Source: a virus
Virus record (IMG/VR): IMGVR_UViG_3300020469_004256
Location: 5,590-69,589 of that record
Strand: one strand, 5' to 3'
Length of the DNA: 64,000 bases
The notes beneath the pieces were generated by a model. That model was not told where the DNA came from, did not search any database, and worked only from the letters and a program-made list of their open reading frames with translations. Positions 47,024-55,615 of this stretch are shown here, one piece after another; within the stretch, counting starts at the first letter, position 1, and every line of letters starts with the position of its first letter. The translations under genes and the position numbers were made by a program.

Positions 47024-47151
47024 AATATTGTCTCCTTAATTTTTTAAAATTGCAATATGACCCTAATTGTTCATATCCCAATCATTACAGTATTATTTAT
47101 ACCAAAGAGGCCTATATTATGTGATAATATATAGATTTCTGTGTATTTTTG

Positions 47152-47604
47152 CTAAATTAAACCTGAAAAAGTACCCTGTTTATTGATTGTAAGGCATTGT
47201 TTACGGTTGTCTTCTTTTGATTTATATGACACATGCACCCATCCACTACGTGGGTCTTTGCCATTATAAAACTCTAATATCAATTGGTCGAAGTCTAAAT
47301 TGTTTTTGATCCACTCTGCTAAATCTCTATTGCTGAGTGTTGGAACTTCTACGTCTGCCGCTTCACCAAAGCAATGCTGTGATTTTTTAGAACCACCGAT
47401 TGCTGTGTTTAGTTTCTTACATCTATAACCTGAATTGATTACCGTTGGACCAAACTTTTCTCTAATAGGTTGTAGTATTTCTTCTGCCAGTGTTTGCATT
47501 TTTGCAACAACATCAGGATCTTTTGGCAAGTTGTCAATACCTTTTCTTAATGCTGTTTGGCTTTTACAAAGTTCTGCCAGTGTAAAGTTATCAGTGAGTT
47601 GCAT
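47152..47604 (-). CDS. peptidase M15A (endolysin-like)
   Basis: NFTLAEL, SGYRC, SQH..GEAAD, DQLILE, WVHVS. Confidence 0.9.
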   Translation of the reverse strand: MQLTDNFTLAELCKSQTALRKGIDNLPKDPDVVAKMQTLAEEILQPIREKFGPTVINSGYRCKKLNTAIGGSKKSQHCFGEAADVEVPTLSNRDLAEWIKNNLDFDQLILEFYNGKDPRSGWVHVSYKSKEDNRKQCLTINKQGTFSGLI

Positions 47605-48037
47605 GATCGTCTTGGCCTTCTACCATTTCTCCGTATGTTTTGTAATCTGTTTTTGTGCTGTCTTCTTTTGGATAATAAATCTCGCAACCATTTTCACCAT
47701 CTTCTGAAACTTCTATTCTTACATCACGTTTTGTATATTTGTCTTTAATTTGTTTATACAAATCATCTGCCATCATTTCACAAGACTTATAATCCAGTTG
47801 TAGTGTACCTTCATTGTAAAGTTTTTCTAACCATCTTTTGAATTGGATAAATTCAATATCTCTATCATCATGAAATACTTCAATTGCCACTTTAAAATGA
47901 AACATGTGTCTGTGAGGATAACCTAAAAATGATACATCATATTCGTCACCTGTTGCTAATTTTGGATCATCTAATGCCGCAGGATATTTGTGGATGCCTT
48001 CTTTTCTAAAAGTAACCCAAATTAATTTTTTCATCAA
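47591..48037 (-). CDS. QueD/PTPS-like T-fold enzyme
   Basis: GIH, HRH, DRDIEF, SCEMMA, VSEDGENG (Zn-binding His and pterin-pocket Glu pattern). Confidence 0.75.
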   Translation of the reverse strand: MMKKLIWVTFRKEGIHKYPAALDDPKLATGDEYDVSFLGYPHRHMFHFKVAIEVFHDDRDIEFIQFKRWLEKLYNEGTLQLDYKSCEMMADDLYKQIKDKYTKRDVRIEVSEDGENGCEIYYPKEDSTKTDYKTYGEMVEGQDDHATH

Positions 48038-48234
48038 TCTATCTCCGTTCTTACTATGTGTTTTCTTAATGCTCTAACAAGTTCTTCAATCTTATCAATA
48101 CACCCAATTAAATCTCTATCAGTGATATATTTAGATTTTTCTTTCAACTTGTCATATTCCTTTAATGGTATTGTTACTGTGCTTTGCTCGTTTTCAAACG
48201 ACTTGTCATTATCGTAATCATCTACACTTGTCAT
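48034..48234 (-). CDS. hypothetical protein
   Basis: ORF track; GGAGG RBS. Confidence 0.7.
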   Translation of the reverse strand: MTSVDDYDNDKSFENEQSTVTIPLKEYDKLKEKSKYITDRDLIGCIDKIEELVRALRKHIVRTEID

Positions 48235-48407
48235 AACCCTCCTTGGTTATTTTTTAGTTTGTCTTTTGCCATTAGTTTTTCTTTTTTGAGATTTACTAAT
48301 TCTTCTTTGGTTTTCCAATCTCTAACATGCTGTCTAACTTTTTCTGCTTCATTGACTTGCTTCTTTAAATCTTTATGACCTTGTTTTAGTTCTTTTGCTG
48401 TTACCAT
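48231..48407 (-). CDS. 58-aa coiled-coil DUF465/YdcH-like protein absent from the track
   Basis: MVTAKELKQGHKDLKKQV...LKKEKLMAKDKL; AAGGAG RBS; ATGA coupling. Confidence 0.7.
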   Translation of the reverse strand: MVTAKELKQGHKDLKKQVNEAEKVRQHVRDWKTKEELVNLKKEKLMAKDKLKNNQGGL

Positions 48408-48416
48408 GTTTTCTCC

Positions 48417-49109
48417 TTAAATGTTATCACCTTCTCTTACATAGAACGCAGAGCTTTTACCTGTTGAATCTTCTTGTAAATAATATTCTTCTTCGCCATA
48501 TGTGAAACTACTGAACACTTTCCAACCATCTGCATTTTCATACGCAATTTCTAATTTTTTAAAATCAAATCCATCTGGACCTGTTTTGATTGTTTCGTCT
48601 GGATACCAACTACCTTTGTTAAAATACTGTCCAAACACATAGTATTTGTTTTTACAACTGTCTGACTCAGAAAAATGTTCTGCTTCACATGTAATTTTTG
48701 CTCCACGTTTTTCAAAGTCTTCCATGTTCACAGTTTCATCTTCTATGTAGTTGCCTTGTTCATCTTCAAGTGCATTACCATTTTTATCAACTTCTGATAT
48801 TGTAATGTATTGCCCATCTGCAAACTCAGGACCTGAATGATGACATATATCTTCATATTCGTAAAACTCTCTATCGAACTGTGCTTCTTTTGGCACATCC
48901 TTATTTGCTTCTTCTGATTCAAATCCTACATTAGCAATATATTCACCAAACTCATCTTCTCTATCTACCCAATAATCATATTGTGCTTTGCTGATTTCAC
49001 CCATAGCAACTTCTCCGCCATATCTACCAAAATCTACTTTAAAAAAGCGTTCTGGTGTTTTGAGTGTTTTAATTAATTTTTTTTGTTGTGCTATTGTTGG
49101 TTCAGACAT
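48417..49109 (-). CDS. acidic hypothetical phage protein
   Basis: ORF track; AAGGAGG RBS. Confidence 0.8.
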   Translation of the reverse strand: MSEPTIAQQKKLIKTLKTPERFFKVDFGRYGGEVAMGEISKAQYDYWVDREDEFGEYIANVGFESEEANKDVPKEAQFDREFYEYEDICHHSGPEFADGQYITISEVDKNGNALEDEQGNYIEDETVNMEDFEKRGAKITCEAEHFSESDSCKNKYYVFGQYFNKGSWYPDETIKTGPDGFDFKKLEIAYENADGWKVFSSFTYGEEEYYLQEDSTGKSSAFYVREGDNI

Positions 49110-49311
49110 TTGTCCTCCTTAGAAAATCTTTTGCCTTTGGTTCTAATTTTTTTAATCTAAAACTTAATGCTTTTTTGTCACCTTTGCTTGTAACAATAAC
49201 AGGTTGTCCGTGTGAGTCTTTTTTGATATCTTTAATCCTTGCACTGACATTTTTAAATCTGCCAAGTTCAATATAATCACCAACTTTCAATGTTATTGTT
49301 GTTGATTTCAT
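49102..49311 (-). CDS. small basic SH3/KOW-like hypothetical protein
   Basis: LKVGDYI.LGRFKN..HGQP. Confidence 0.65.
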   Translation of the reverse strand: MKSTTITLKVGDYIELGRFKNVSARIKDIKKDSHGQPVIVTSKGDKKALSFRLKKLEPKAKDFLRRTNV

Positions 49312-49829
49312 ATTGGCTTATCTTTTTTGTACTCGTCCCAACCTGTGTAGTTGTTTGGAACTTTAATTGTTTCTATTGTGGTTGACCAAACACCTGTGTT
49401 GGTTGCTTCAAAATCTTCATCATCTAATTTGATATTGATTGTACCTTTTACTTTGTCAATGTTAGGCACAACAATTGCATAAGTTAAACTAAACTTTGGA
49501 TGTGAAAGAAATTGTTTTATCTGTGTTGGAACTGTTACTGGATCAACATCAATTGTTACATGAAGTTTTGCATTTAAGCATTCTTTGATAAGATCATAGA
49601 CTGGATCAGTCCATTGCTTTTTCCAATTTTTAAATGAATGATTTGCTCCAAAGTAAATTTGCTCTACTTCATGTTTGATAACTTTGTTGACAAATGCTAC
49701 AGGAGTTTCTTTTGGAATTCCTACAACAAAATAAGTTTTCATACCATAGCATGGTGTACGTTCTACTTCTATGCCAACAAAGTCAGTAACGTTCTCTTTG
49801 ATCTCTTTATTATCGTATTCTCGCTTCAT
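49308..49829 (-). CDS. conserved hypothetical protein in the dpdA-queD region
   Basis: ORF track; own TTGACA-16-TATTAT promoter at about 49836-49863. Confidence 0.8.
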   Translation of the reverse strand: MKREYDNKEIKENVTDFVGIEVERTPCYGMKTYFVVGIPKETPVAFVNKVIKHEVEQIYFGANHSFKNWKKQWTDPVYDLIKECLNAKLHVTIDVDPVTVPTQIKQFLSHPKFSLTYAIVVPNIDKVKGTINIKLDDEDFEATNTGVWSTTIETIKVPNNYTGWDEYKKDKPI

Positions 49830-49864
49830 TGTACAATAATAACATACATACAGATTTTGTCAAT

Positions 49865-50269
49865 CTATATGTCGCCTTTTTTTCTGTTTTCACTTTTGGC
49901 CACATCAAATTCACCTTCTGGATATCTGGCCATAAGTTTTTCTTTATTCATAGTAATTACTTTGTTAGGATCAACACCAAGTGCCATACAACCTTGTGTC
50001 CAATACCACATAACATCACCAAGTTCTTTAGTCATATGTGTTTTGGTTTCTTCTGTTAGTGGCTTTCCTTGAAACACTAGTTTTTTTACAATTTCTGTAA
50101 ACTCTCCTGATTCTGCTGATAATCCCATTGCCGCAGTTAGTAATCTTGGAACATCTCCATTTCCTAAATCATCTAATCTTTGTCTAAATGCTGTTGAATC
50201 TTTAGATTCGTTGCTGGTAACTTTATCCACAAACTGTGAATATTCTTTTAAATCAATCTCTGACATCAT
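49865..50269 (-). CDS. MazG-like NTP pyrophosphohydrolase
   Basis: GLSAESGEFTEIVKK...ELGDVMWY...NKEKL.ARYP. Confidence 0.9.
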   Translation of the reverse strand: MMSEIDLKEYSQFVDKVTSNESKDSTAFRQRLDDLGNGDVPRLLTAAMGLSAESGEFTEIVKKLVFQGKPLTEETKTHMTKELGDVMWYWTQGCMALGVDPNKVITMNKEKLMARYPEGEFDVAKSENRKKGDI

Positions 50270-50486
50270 CTTCCTCCATTTGCTCTTCTACTTTGTCCAC
50301 AAGTTCTTTTACATCCTGTTGCCATAAAATTCTATCTTGTGGTATTGCTTTAATCAGTTCTTTAACTGTTTTTTTTAGTTCGTTGTACCTGTACTTCATA
50401 TTAGCTGATTCATTTTTATATTCATTTGCCATATATTCCGCTGTGTATCTCATTTGTGCTTCTTTGTTTTGCCAATCTTCTGACAT
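50253..50486 (-). CDS. hypothetical coiled-coil protein
   Basis: ORF track; coupled to neighbours. Confidence 0.65.
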   Translation of the reverse strand: MSEDWQNKEAQMRYTAEYMANEYKNESANMKYRYNELKKTVKELIKAIPQDRILWQQDVKELVDKVEEQMEEDDVRD

Positions 50487-52012
50487 TATACAGTTTCTAA
50501 CACCTTTTCCAACTCTTCTAATTTTACATCATTTGGATCACCAAGATCGCCATCACCCATTGAGCTTTGTGTATCAACATCAAATAGATTACTGAAGTTG
50601 TTACCAGACTGTCCAGTCCATCTCACACCTCTAATATCATGTAAGAATGCTTGGTTGTCTTCTAGCATCTGCATAGGCGTTTCTGACTTGAAGAAATCTT
50701 CAATGAAAGCATTAAAGTAAAGTACATTTCTAGGACACCAGTCACTAAATTCTGCTGACGTTTCTTTTTGTTTCACTTTACGCCAGTGTCTGTAATCTGG
50801 CTTGTGTATAGATGATTCAATGTCAGTGATTTGATTTGCTTTTTGTACAATCTTAATGTGTTGATTAACATTATGACCCATCATTAGTGCATAAGCAAAT
50901 GAATCCCAAGATGTTTTACCTTCTTTGCCTACTTTGTTTAAATCACCAGGTCCATACCAACAAATGTCGCCAATAGTAAGCCTTCTGCCAATCTCCGACT
51001 CCCATGGAAACGGTATAGTAGAAAGTTTTAATGCTTTACTATCAGTTGCTTTGTCCATAATATATGACCATCGCTTGTTAGTATGAACCGGTGAAGTATA
51101 TACCAAACCATGTGCTGTTGCCACAAACGCACTCGCACTATCATAAGATACTGTCAGGTTTGGATTTACATGCTCTCTTAATTGTCTTTGAATTGATGTT
51201 AAGAAACAAGCCCAATCTAATTTACTTGTACCAAGGAAGTGTATCCAATCCCTGTTGTCGAGTAATTTAGAATCTCGCAATATGATTAGGCGTCGGAGAG
51301 CCATTGTCATATCACACATATTGTTTCCACCAAACGCCCAACCTTCAAATGGAAAATGCTTCACAGCATCATACCATACATCTCCAGTTGGAATATCAAA
51401 GCCTTGGAGCACGTTTAGAAACTTGGTATGACCAAGTCTATTTTTTAAGAAATATTCATTGTTGTGTACTGTGCCTGAAATACAATCACCATACGATTTT
51501 AATCCTGTCTTAGGGCTGTGTGTGGCATCACTTGCCCAACTAGGAATATCTAACACCATTGACCAATCTGCTGTAAGTTCTAACCAATGTAGAATCTTAT
51601 CACGCATTGTGTTTGCAGATTTGCCTTTGAAGTTTTCCCAATCAAATTTTAGTATGCCTTTACCAATTTGATATCCACCACTGTCACCTACAATGATAGT
51701 ATCTTTTTTATTTCTTGTGTGAAACATTGATTCATTCACAATAGATTTTTCAACATCTAAATGAGCATGGCCGGCTGAGTATAAACCGTATTTGTAATTA
51801 AAGTAACCTTTTTCTTTGTTAAGAAAATTCAGTCCTTCAATACCATTTTCAAATCCTTTTGGGATTCTATCATCTGGCACAAACTGTTTGTCAGTTCCGC
51901 CTGTTTGTTGTTGCTTACTTACATAAGTTTGATAAAAGCCACTAACTGCTGGTAAAAACACAGCATAGTCTTTGTGGCTGGCTGTTAGATCTTCTCCGTA
52001 TGGTTTTGACAC
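50486..52012 (-). CDS. dpdA: TGT-fold guanine transglycosylase, DpdA-like (7-deazaguanine insertion into DNA)
   Basis: DSGGYQ, VLDIP, VLQG, WAFGG, IHFLG, SYDSAS. Lacks the CxCxxC Zn motif of tRNA Tgt. Sits between the clamp and queD-like genes. Confidence 0.8.
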   Translation of the reverse strand: MSKPYGEDLTASHKDYAVFLPAVSGFYQTYVSKQQQTGGTDKQFVPDDRIPKGFENGIEGLNFLNKEKGYFNYKYGLYSAGHAHLDVEKSIVNESMFHTRNKKDTIIVGDSGGYQIGKGILKFDWENFKGKSANTMRDKILHWLELTADWSMVLDIPSWASDATHSPKTGLKSYGDCISGTVHNNEYFLKNRLGHTKFLNVLQGFDIPTGDVWYDAVKHFPFEGWAFGGNNMCDMTMALRRLIILRDSKLLDNRDWIHFLGTSKLDWACFLTSIQRQLREHVNPNLTVSYDSASAFVATAHGLVYTSPVHTNKRWSYIMDKATDSKALKLSTIPFPWESEIGRRLTIGDICWYGPGDLNKVGKEGKTSWDSFAYALMMGHNVNQHIKIVQKANQITDIESSIHKPDYRHWRKVKQKETSAEFSDWCPRNVLYFNAFIEDFFKSETPMQMLEDNQAFLHDIRGVRWTGQSGNNFSNLFDVDTQSSMGDGDLGDPNDVKLEELEKVLETV

Positions 52013-52755
52013 TATTGACTCCTAGCAGGTAGGATGTAATCATAAGTTGCTGTGCCAGAATCAATTGATATCTGCATAGCACCTTGATCACTAAATGACA
52101 TACTTGCTTGTGAAGTATCACTTAATTTCAAAATACTCAATACCTGTGCTAGTGGCCATGCCCAACCTTTAGTTAGTTTGCCTTGCACGTTTTGAGCAAA
52201 TGGAATTTCAACTCTGTCATTTGCGCCATCTCCTATATAAAACTTTAGTGTATCACCATCTGTCTTTGCAACAAATGTTGGCTCAAAGCCACCCATGATA
52301 CTGTTAAAGTAAGTCAAGTCTTTAATGTTTTGTTGTGTTGGCTGTACTGTAATATCCCATTCAACACCTTTGAACTTGATTGTTTTTAATTGTTCTTCAA
52401 TTAGAGAACTAACCATGAATCTATAGTTTGCAGTATAACCACCTGGCGATGTAAATTTTAGCTCTTCTGCTGTTTCTACACCATCTCTTGTGTTTGTCAT
52501 GACTTCAATGTTTGCACCATCTTTGCCATATGCTTCATAATTCAAATAGCCTGATAGTACACCAAGTCTACCCATTCCAATTAATCCTGGAACGTTGTCT
52601 AAGTTATTTTTTAATTTGCCTTTTAGAACCACTGTTCTATCATCATCCATTGCTTCAATACTTGTGCCTTCATCTGTGCTTTCAAGTTTTACTGCTTGAA
52701 TAAAGCCCAACGAATGCGTATGCTTTACAATGTCTAGTAATACATCTTTTAACAT
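52012..52755 (-). CDS. DNA polymerase sliding clamp (gp45/PCNA-like)
   Basis: 247 aa, two-domain alpha/beta pattern ending YDYILPA; located near polB. Confidence 0.7.
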   Translation of the reverse strand: MLKDVLLDIVKHTHSLGFIQAVKLESTDEGTSIEAMDDDRTVVLKGKLKNNLDNVPGLIGMGRLGVLSGYLNYEAYGKDGANIEVMTNTRDGVETAEELKFTSPGGYTANYRFMVSSLIEEQLKTIKFKGVEWDITVQPTQQNIKDLTYFNSIMGGFEPTFVAKTDGDTLKFYIGDGANDRVEIPFAQNVQGKLTKGWAWPLAQVLSILKLSDTSQASMSFSDQGAMQISIDSGTATYDYILPARSQ

Positions 52756-52824
52756 ATTTTGTTACCTCCGACGTTTGTTTATTTTTACTAATATAACATG
52801 TATTTAGGCAAGTTGTCAACTATT

Positions 52825-54834
52825 TTATTCTCCATGTATAATAATATGATACCTGTTTTGATTACTTAGGTTCCTAACTAAATGATTATAACCTGTTCTT
52901 ATTTGAAATGCTTTTCCTGGCTTCCAAGGAACTTGGCCTAAATATAGATATTTGTCATTCCAAAAGTGCATTTCACAGTTTTGTGGATTGTTGATTGACA
53001 TATTTAAATTCCACCCATCTGTGTGATATTTTCCATCTGGAGTATCGTTGTGTAAACAGATATATCCTCCAGGCTCTAATTTCATGATTCTTATTCTGTA
53101 ATAATTGCTGATCTTGTTGATTTGATTCTTTTGAAAATATTCAACTATGTTTGGAATATGTTGTTTTGCATAATCAACAAATTTGTAAGGTGTTTCTTCA
53201 TTGCTGTTATATCCATAATCTCCATAATCGTTTGTTTTGTTCCAATCGATCCCATGCAACACAAAACTACTCCATCCAGGATGTTTATCACTTCTATGCT
53301 TAACAAATAGATTATGTTTTTCTAGATTTTCAATTTCATTTAAAAACACATCAACATCAAAAGATTGTACTTGAATTTCTTTACAATAATCATCGGTTGA
53401 TTCTGGTATACTGTTTGGACCGTTACTCCATTTTGTTGTCGTATAAGGCGATTGGCCTGCCCATACTATTTTTTGATTAGCAGAAAATATATCAGATAAA
53501 AAAACTTCAAATGATTTATTATCATAAAAATAAACACCGTCAAATGTAAAAATATTACTAAACCATAACATTGGTTGATTCGCTTGTTTAATATGCTCAT
53601 ACATCTGCGTTGTTTCTTTATTACTAATCATAGACACACATTCAAATTCATATGTATAATTTTTTATTTTTTCCCAGTTTTCATCAACAGCAATTTTTAT
53701 TTCTTTCCATTTGTTGTTGCATTCTTGAATATTTCTTTCTGACCAAGTCTTGTCAATATTAGCATCAGTGTTTTCATACATTTCAATCCAGTCTTGCCAT
53801 GTAGCATCTTTGTTAGGATCATAGTTTTTTAAAAACCAACGTTGAAAATTAATTGCTATGTTGTTTATGTCAATCATTAATACTTTTGTATTGTCATTAA
53901 AATTATATGTAGAAAGATATTGCCACGGCAAATGTCCAGAAGCAACTCCAATAAATGAATCATAAACTATATGTGGAAGACTTGTTGTCATATCTTCATT
54001 ATTATATCCAAACCATTTAGTGTGATTATCAGTTTGAGAATACATTTTATTAGCACGTAAAAAATCATACTGTGTTTCAGACATGTGGTGTTTGTTGGTT
54101 TGTATTGTTTGTAAAGACTGTCCTAGATAATATTCAAAATTTTTAGAGTTTTCGTTATAATAAGAATATTTTTTTGCTTTACGTATTTTATTATTAACGT
54201 TTTTAATTTCCCAATCTTTTTTCATAGCATACTGTATTAAATCTTCACCAAACCCATCACTGCTTGTTTTATGTATGATACGATCACTTTTTGATAGTAT
54301 GTGTTTCCAAGGATCTCTCCATATTTTTAAAGGAGTATAATCATCGTGAACATTTTCATCACTTCTGGTAACTGGTATCCATTTATCTGTGCTGTATTCT
54401 ATAGAATTGTTAAACACAAAGTCATCTTTTTTTAAATTATCAATTACATCTTTTGATAATAACAGCATTTGATCATGCAGTGTAAAAAGGTTATTGTTAT
54501 CTTTGATTCCTTGATGTAAAATGTGTCCAAATATTTTTGTAGGTTTAATTAAAAGCTCTTTTAGTCCTTCAATAAAAAGTTTAGTATCTTCAAGTACTAC
54601 TCCTACCGAAAACATAAGAATATGTGTGTAATCATATTCATTAGATTGATGTATGATGTCATTTAAATCGTGTGTGATAAAAAAGTTTTGTGCATTTAAT
54701 TCTAAAGTTTCATCACCATGACAAAGTTGCCCAACCGAGATGCGAGTTGCTGTCATCATTTTTTGTTTTAGTTCTTCACTTATGTTAGAATAGCGAGAAG
54801 AATTATCCCAAATGACTCGCAAAACTTTATACAT
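52825..54834 (-). CDS. multidomain protein with C-terminal Asp/Asn beta-hydroxylase-like domain
   Basis: WSSFVLHG..RIRIMKLEPGGYICLHND..HLVRN..RYHIIIHG; the N-terminal ~470 aa are unassigned. Confidence 0.75.
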   Translation of the reverse strand: MYKVLRVIWDNSSRYSNISEELKQKMMTATRISVGQLCHGDETLELNAQNFFITHDLNDIIHQSNEYDYTHILMFSVGVVLEDTKLFIEGLKELLIKPTKIFGHILHQGIKDNNNLFTLHDQMLLLSKDVIDNLKKDDFVFNNSIEYSTDKWIPVTRSDENVHDDYTPLKIWRDPWKHILSKSDRIIHKTSSDGFGEDLIQYAMKKDWEIKNVNNKIRKAKKYSYYNENSKNFEYYLGQSLQTIQTNKHHMSETQYDFLRANKMYSQTDNHTKWFGYNNEDMTTSLPHIVYDSFIGVASGHLPWQYLSTYNFNDNTKVLMIDINNIAINFQRWFLKNYDPNKDATWQDWIEMYENTDANIDKTWSERNIQECNNKWKEIKIAVDENWEKIKNYTYEFECVSMISNKETTQMYEHIKQANQPMLWFSNIFTFDGVYFYDNKSFEVFLSDIFSANQKIVWAGQSPYTTTKWSNGPNSIPESTDDYCKEIQVQSFDVDVFLNEIENLEKHNLFVKHRSDKHPGWSSFVLHGIDWNKTNDYGDYGYNSNEETPYKFVDYAKQHIPNIVEYFQKNQINKISNYYRIRIMKLEPGGYICLHNDTPDGKYHTDGWNLNMSINNPQNCEMHFWNDKYLYLGQVPWKPGKAFQIRTGYNHLVRNLSNQNRYHIIIHGE

Positions 54835-54847
54835 TACACCTGTCTTC

Positions 54848-55615
54848 CTATGTGATAGAATTTGTATATTCTACAGCAATTTTTATATCAATCCATTCAG
54901 TTGGTTTTAGTGTTGGCTTCCAGCCTAATTTTTTTAATTCAGAATTGTCTGCTGTGTTGTTATCTGCTTCTGCATCCTGACCTTGTTGTGTTGGCACATT
55001 ATATCCTGCGTGTTTAACTATGTCAGATACTGTGTATCCTTGACCAGTTCCAACTTCGTAAGTTGCATTTCTATTTTTAGTTCCTTGTTCAACAAATATC
55101 ATTATTGCTGAAACAACATCTTCTACATATATAAGATCTCTTACATGATCCGTAGCAAATTTAACTGTGCCATTTGCGATTCTTGACATCAGCATTGTAT
55201 CTCTGGCTCCGTCACCAAATACTGTTGTAAATCTCAATCCAACTTGTCCAGGATGTGCTACTGCCTCCATTGCTTTTTTGCTTGTACCATATGGCGACTT
55301 CCACCATGCATGTACACAAGAGCTTGATGCATATACAACAGGAATATTATTTTTATGACATAAGTCAAATATATTTTTACTATATTCTACATTGGTTGTC
55401 CAATACAATTCTGGCTCTTTTAAACTGCGTCTTACATCTGCTATTGCGGCCAAGTGTACCACAAAGTCAACATCTGCTGGTATTGTGGCAGAAGAAAAGT
55501 CTTTGATATCTTTGCCATGGGCTCTATCCCATTCAATTACTTCATGCCGACCTGCTAGTCGTTGAACTAGATGTTTACCAATAAATCCTGTACTGCCTGT
55601 TACAATTATTTTCAT
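54848..55615 (-). CDS. NAD-dependent nucleotide-sugar epimerase/dehydratase
   Basis: TGSTGFIG, HLAA, ASS, YGTSK, RDLIYVEDV. Confidence 0.92.
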   Translation of the reverse strand: MKIIVTGSTGFIGKHLVQRLAGRHEVIEWDRAHGKDIKDFSSATIPADVDFVVHLAAIADVRRSLKEPELYWTTNVEYSKNIFDLCHKNNIPVVYASSSCVHAWWKSPYGTSKKAMEAVAHPGQVGLRFTTVFGDGARDTMLMSRIANGTVKFATDHVRDLIYVEDVVSAIMIFVEQGTKNRNATYEVGTGQGYTVSDIVKHAGYNVPTQQGQDAEADNNTADNSELKKLGWKPTLKPTEWIDIKIAVEYTNSIT

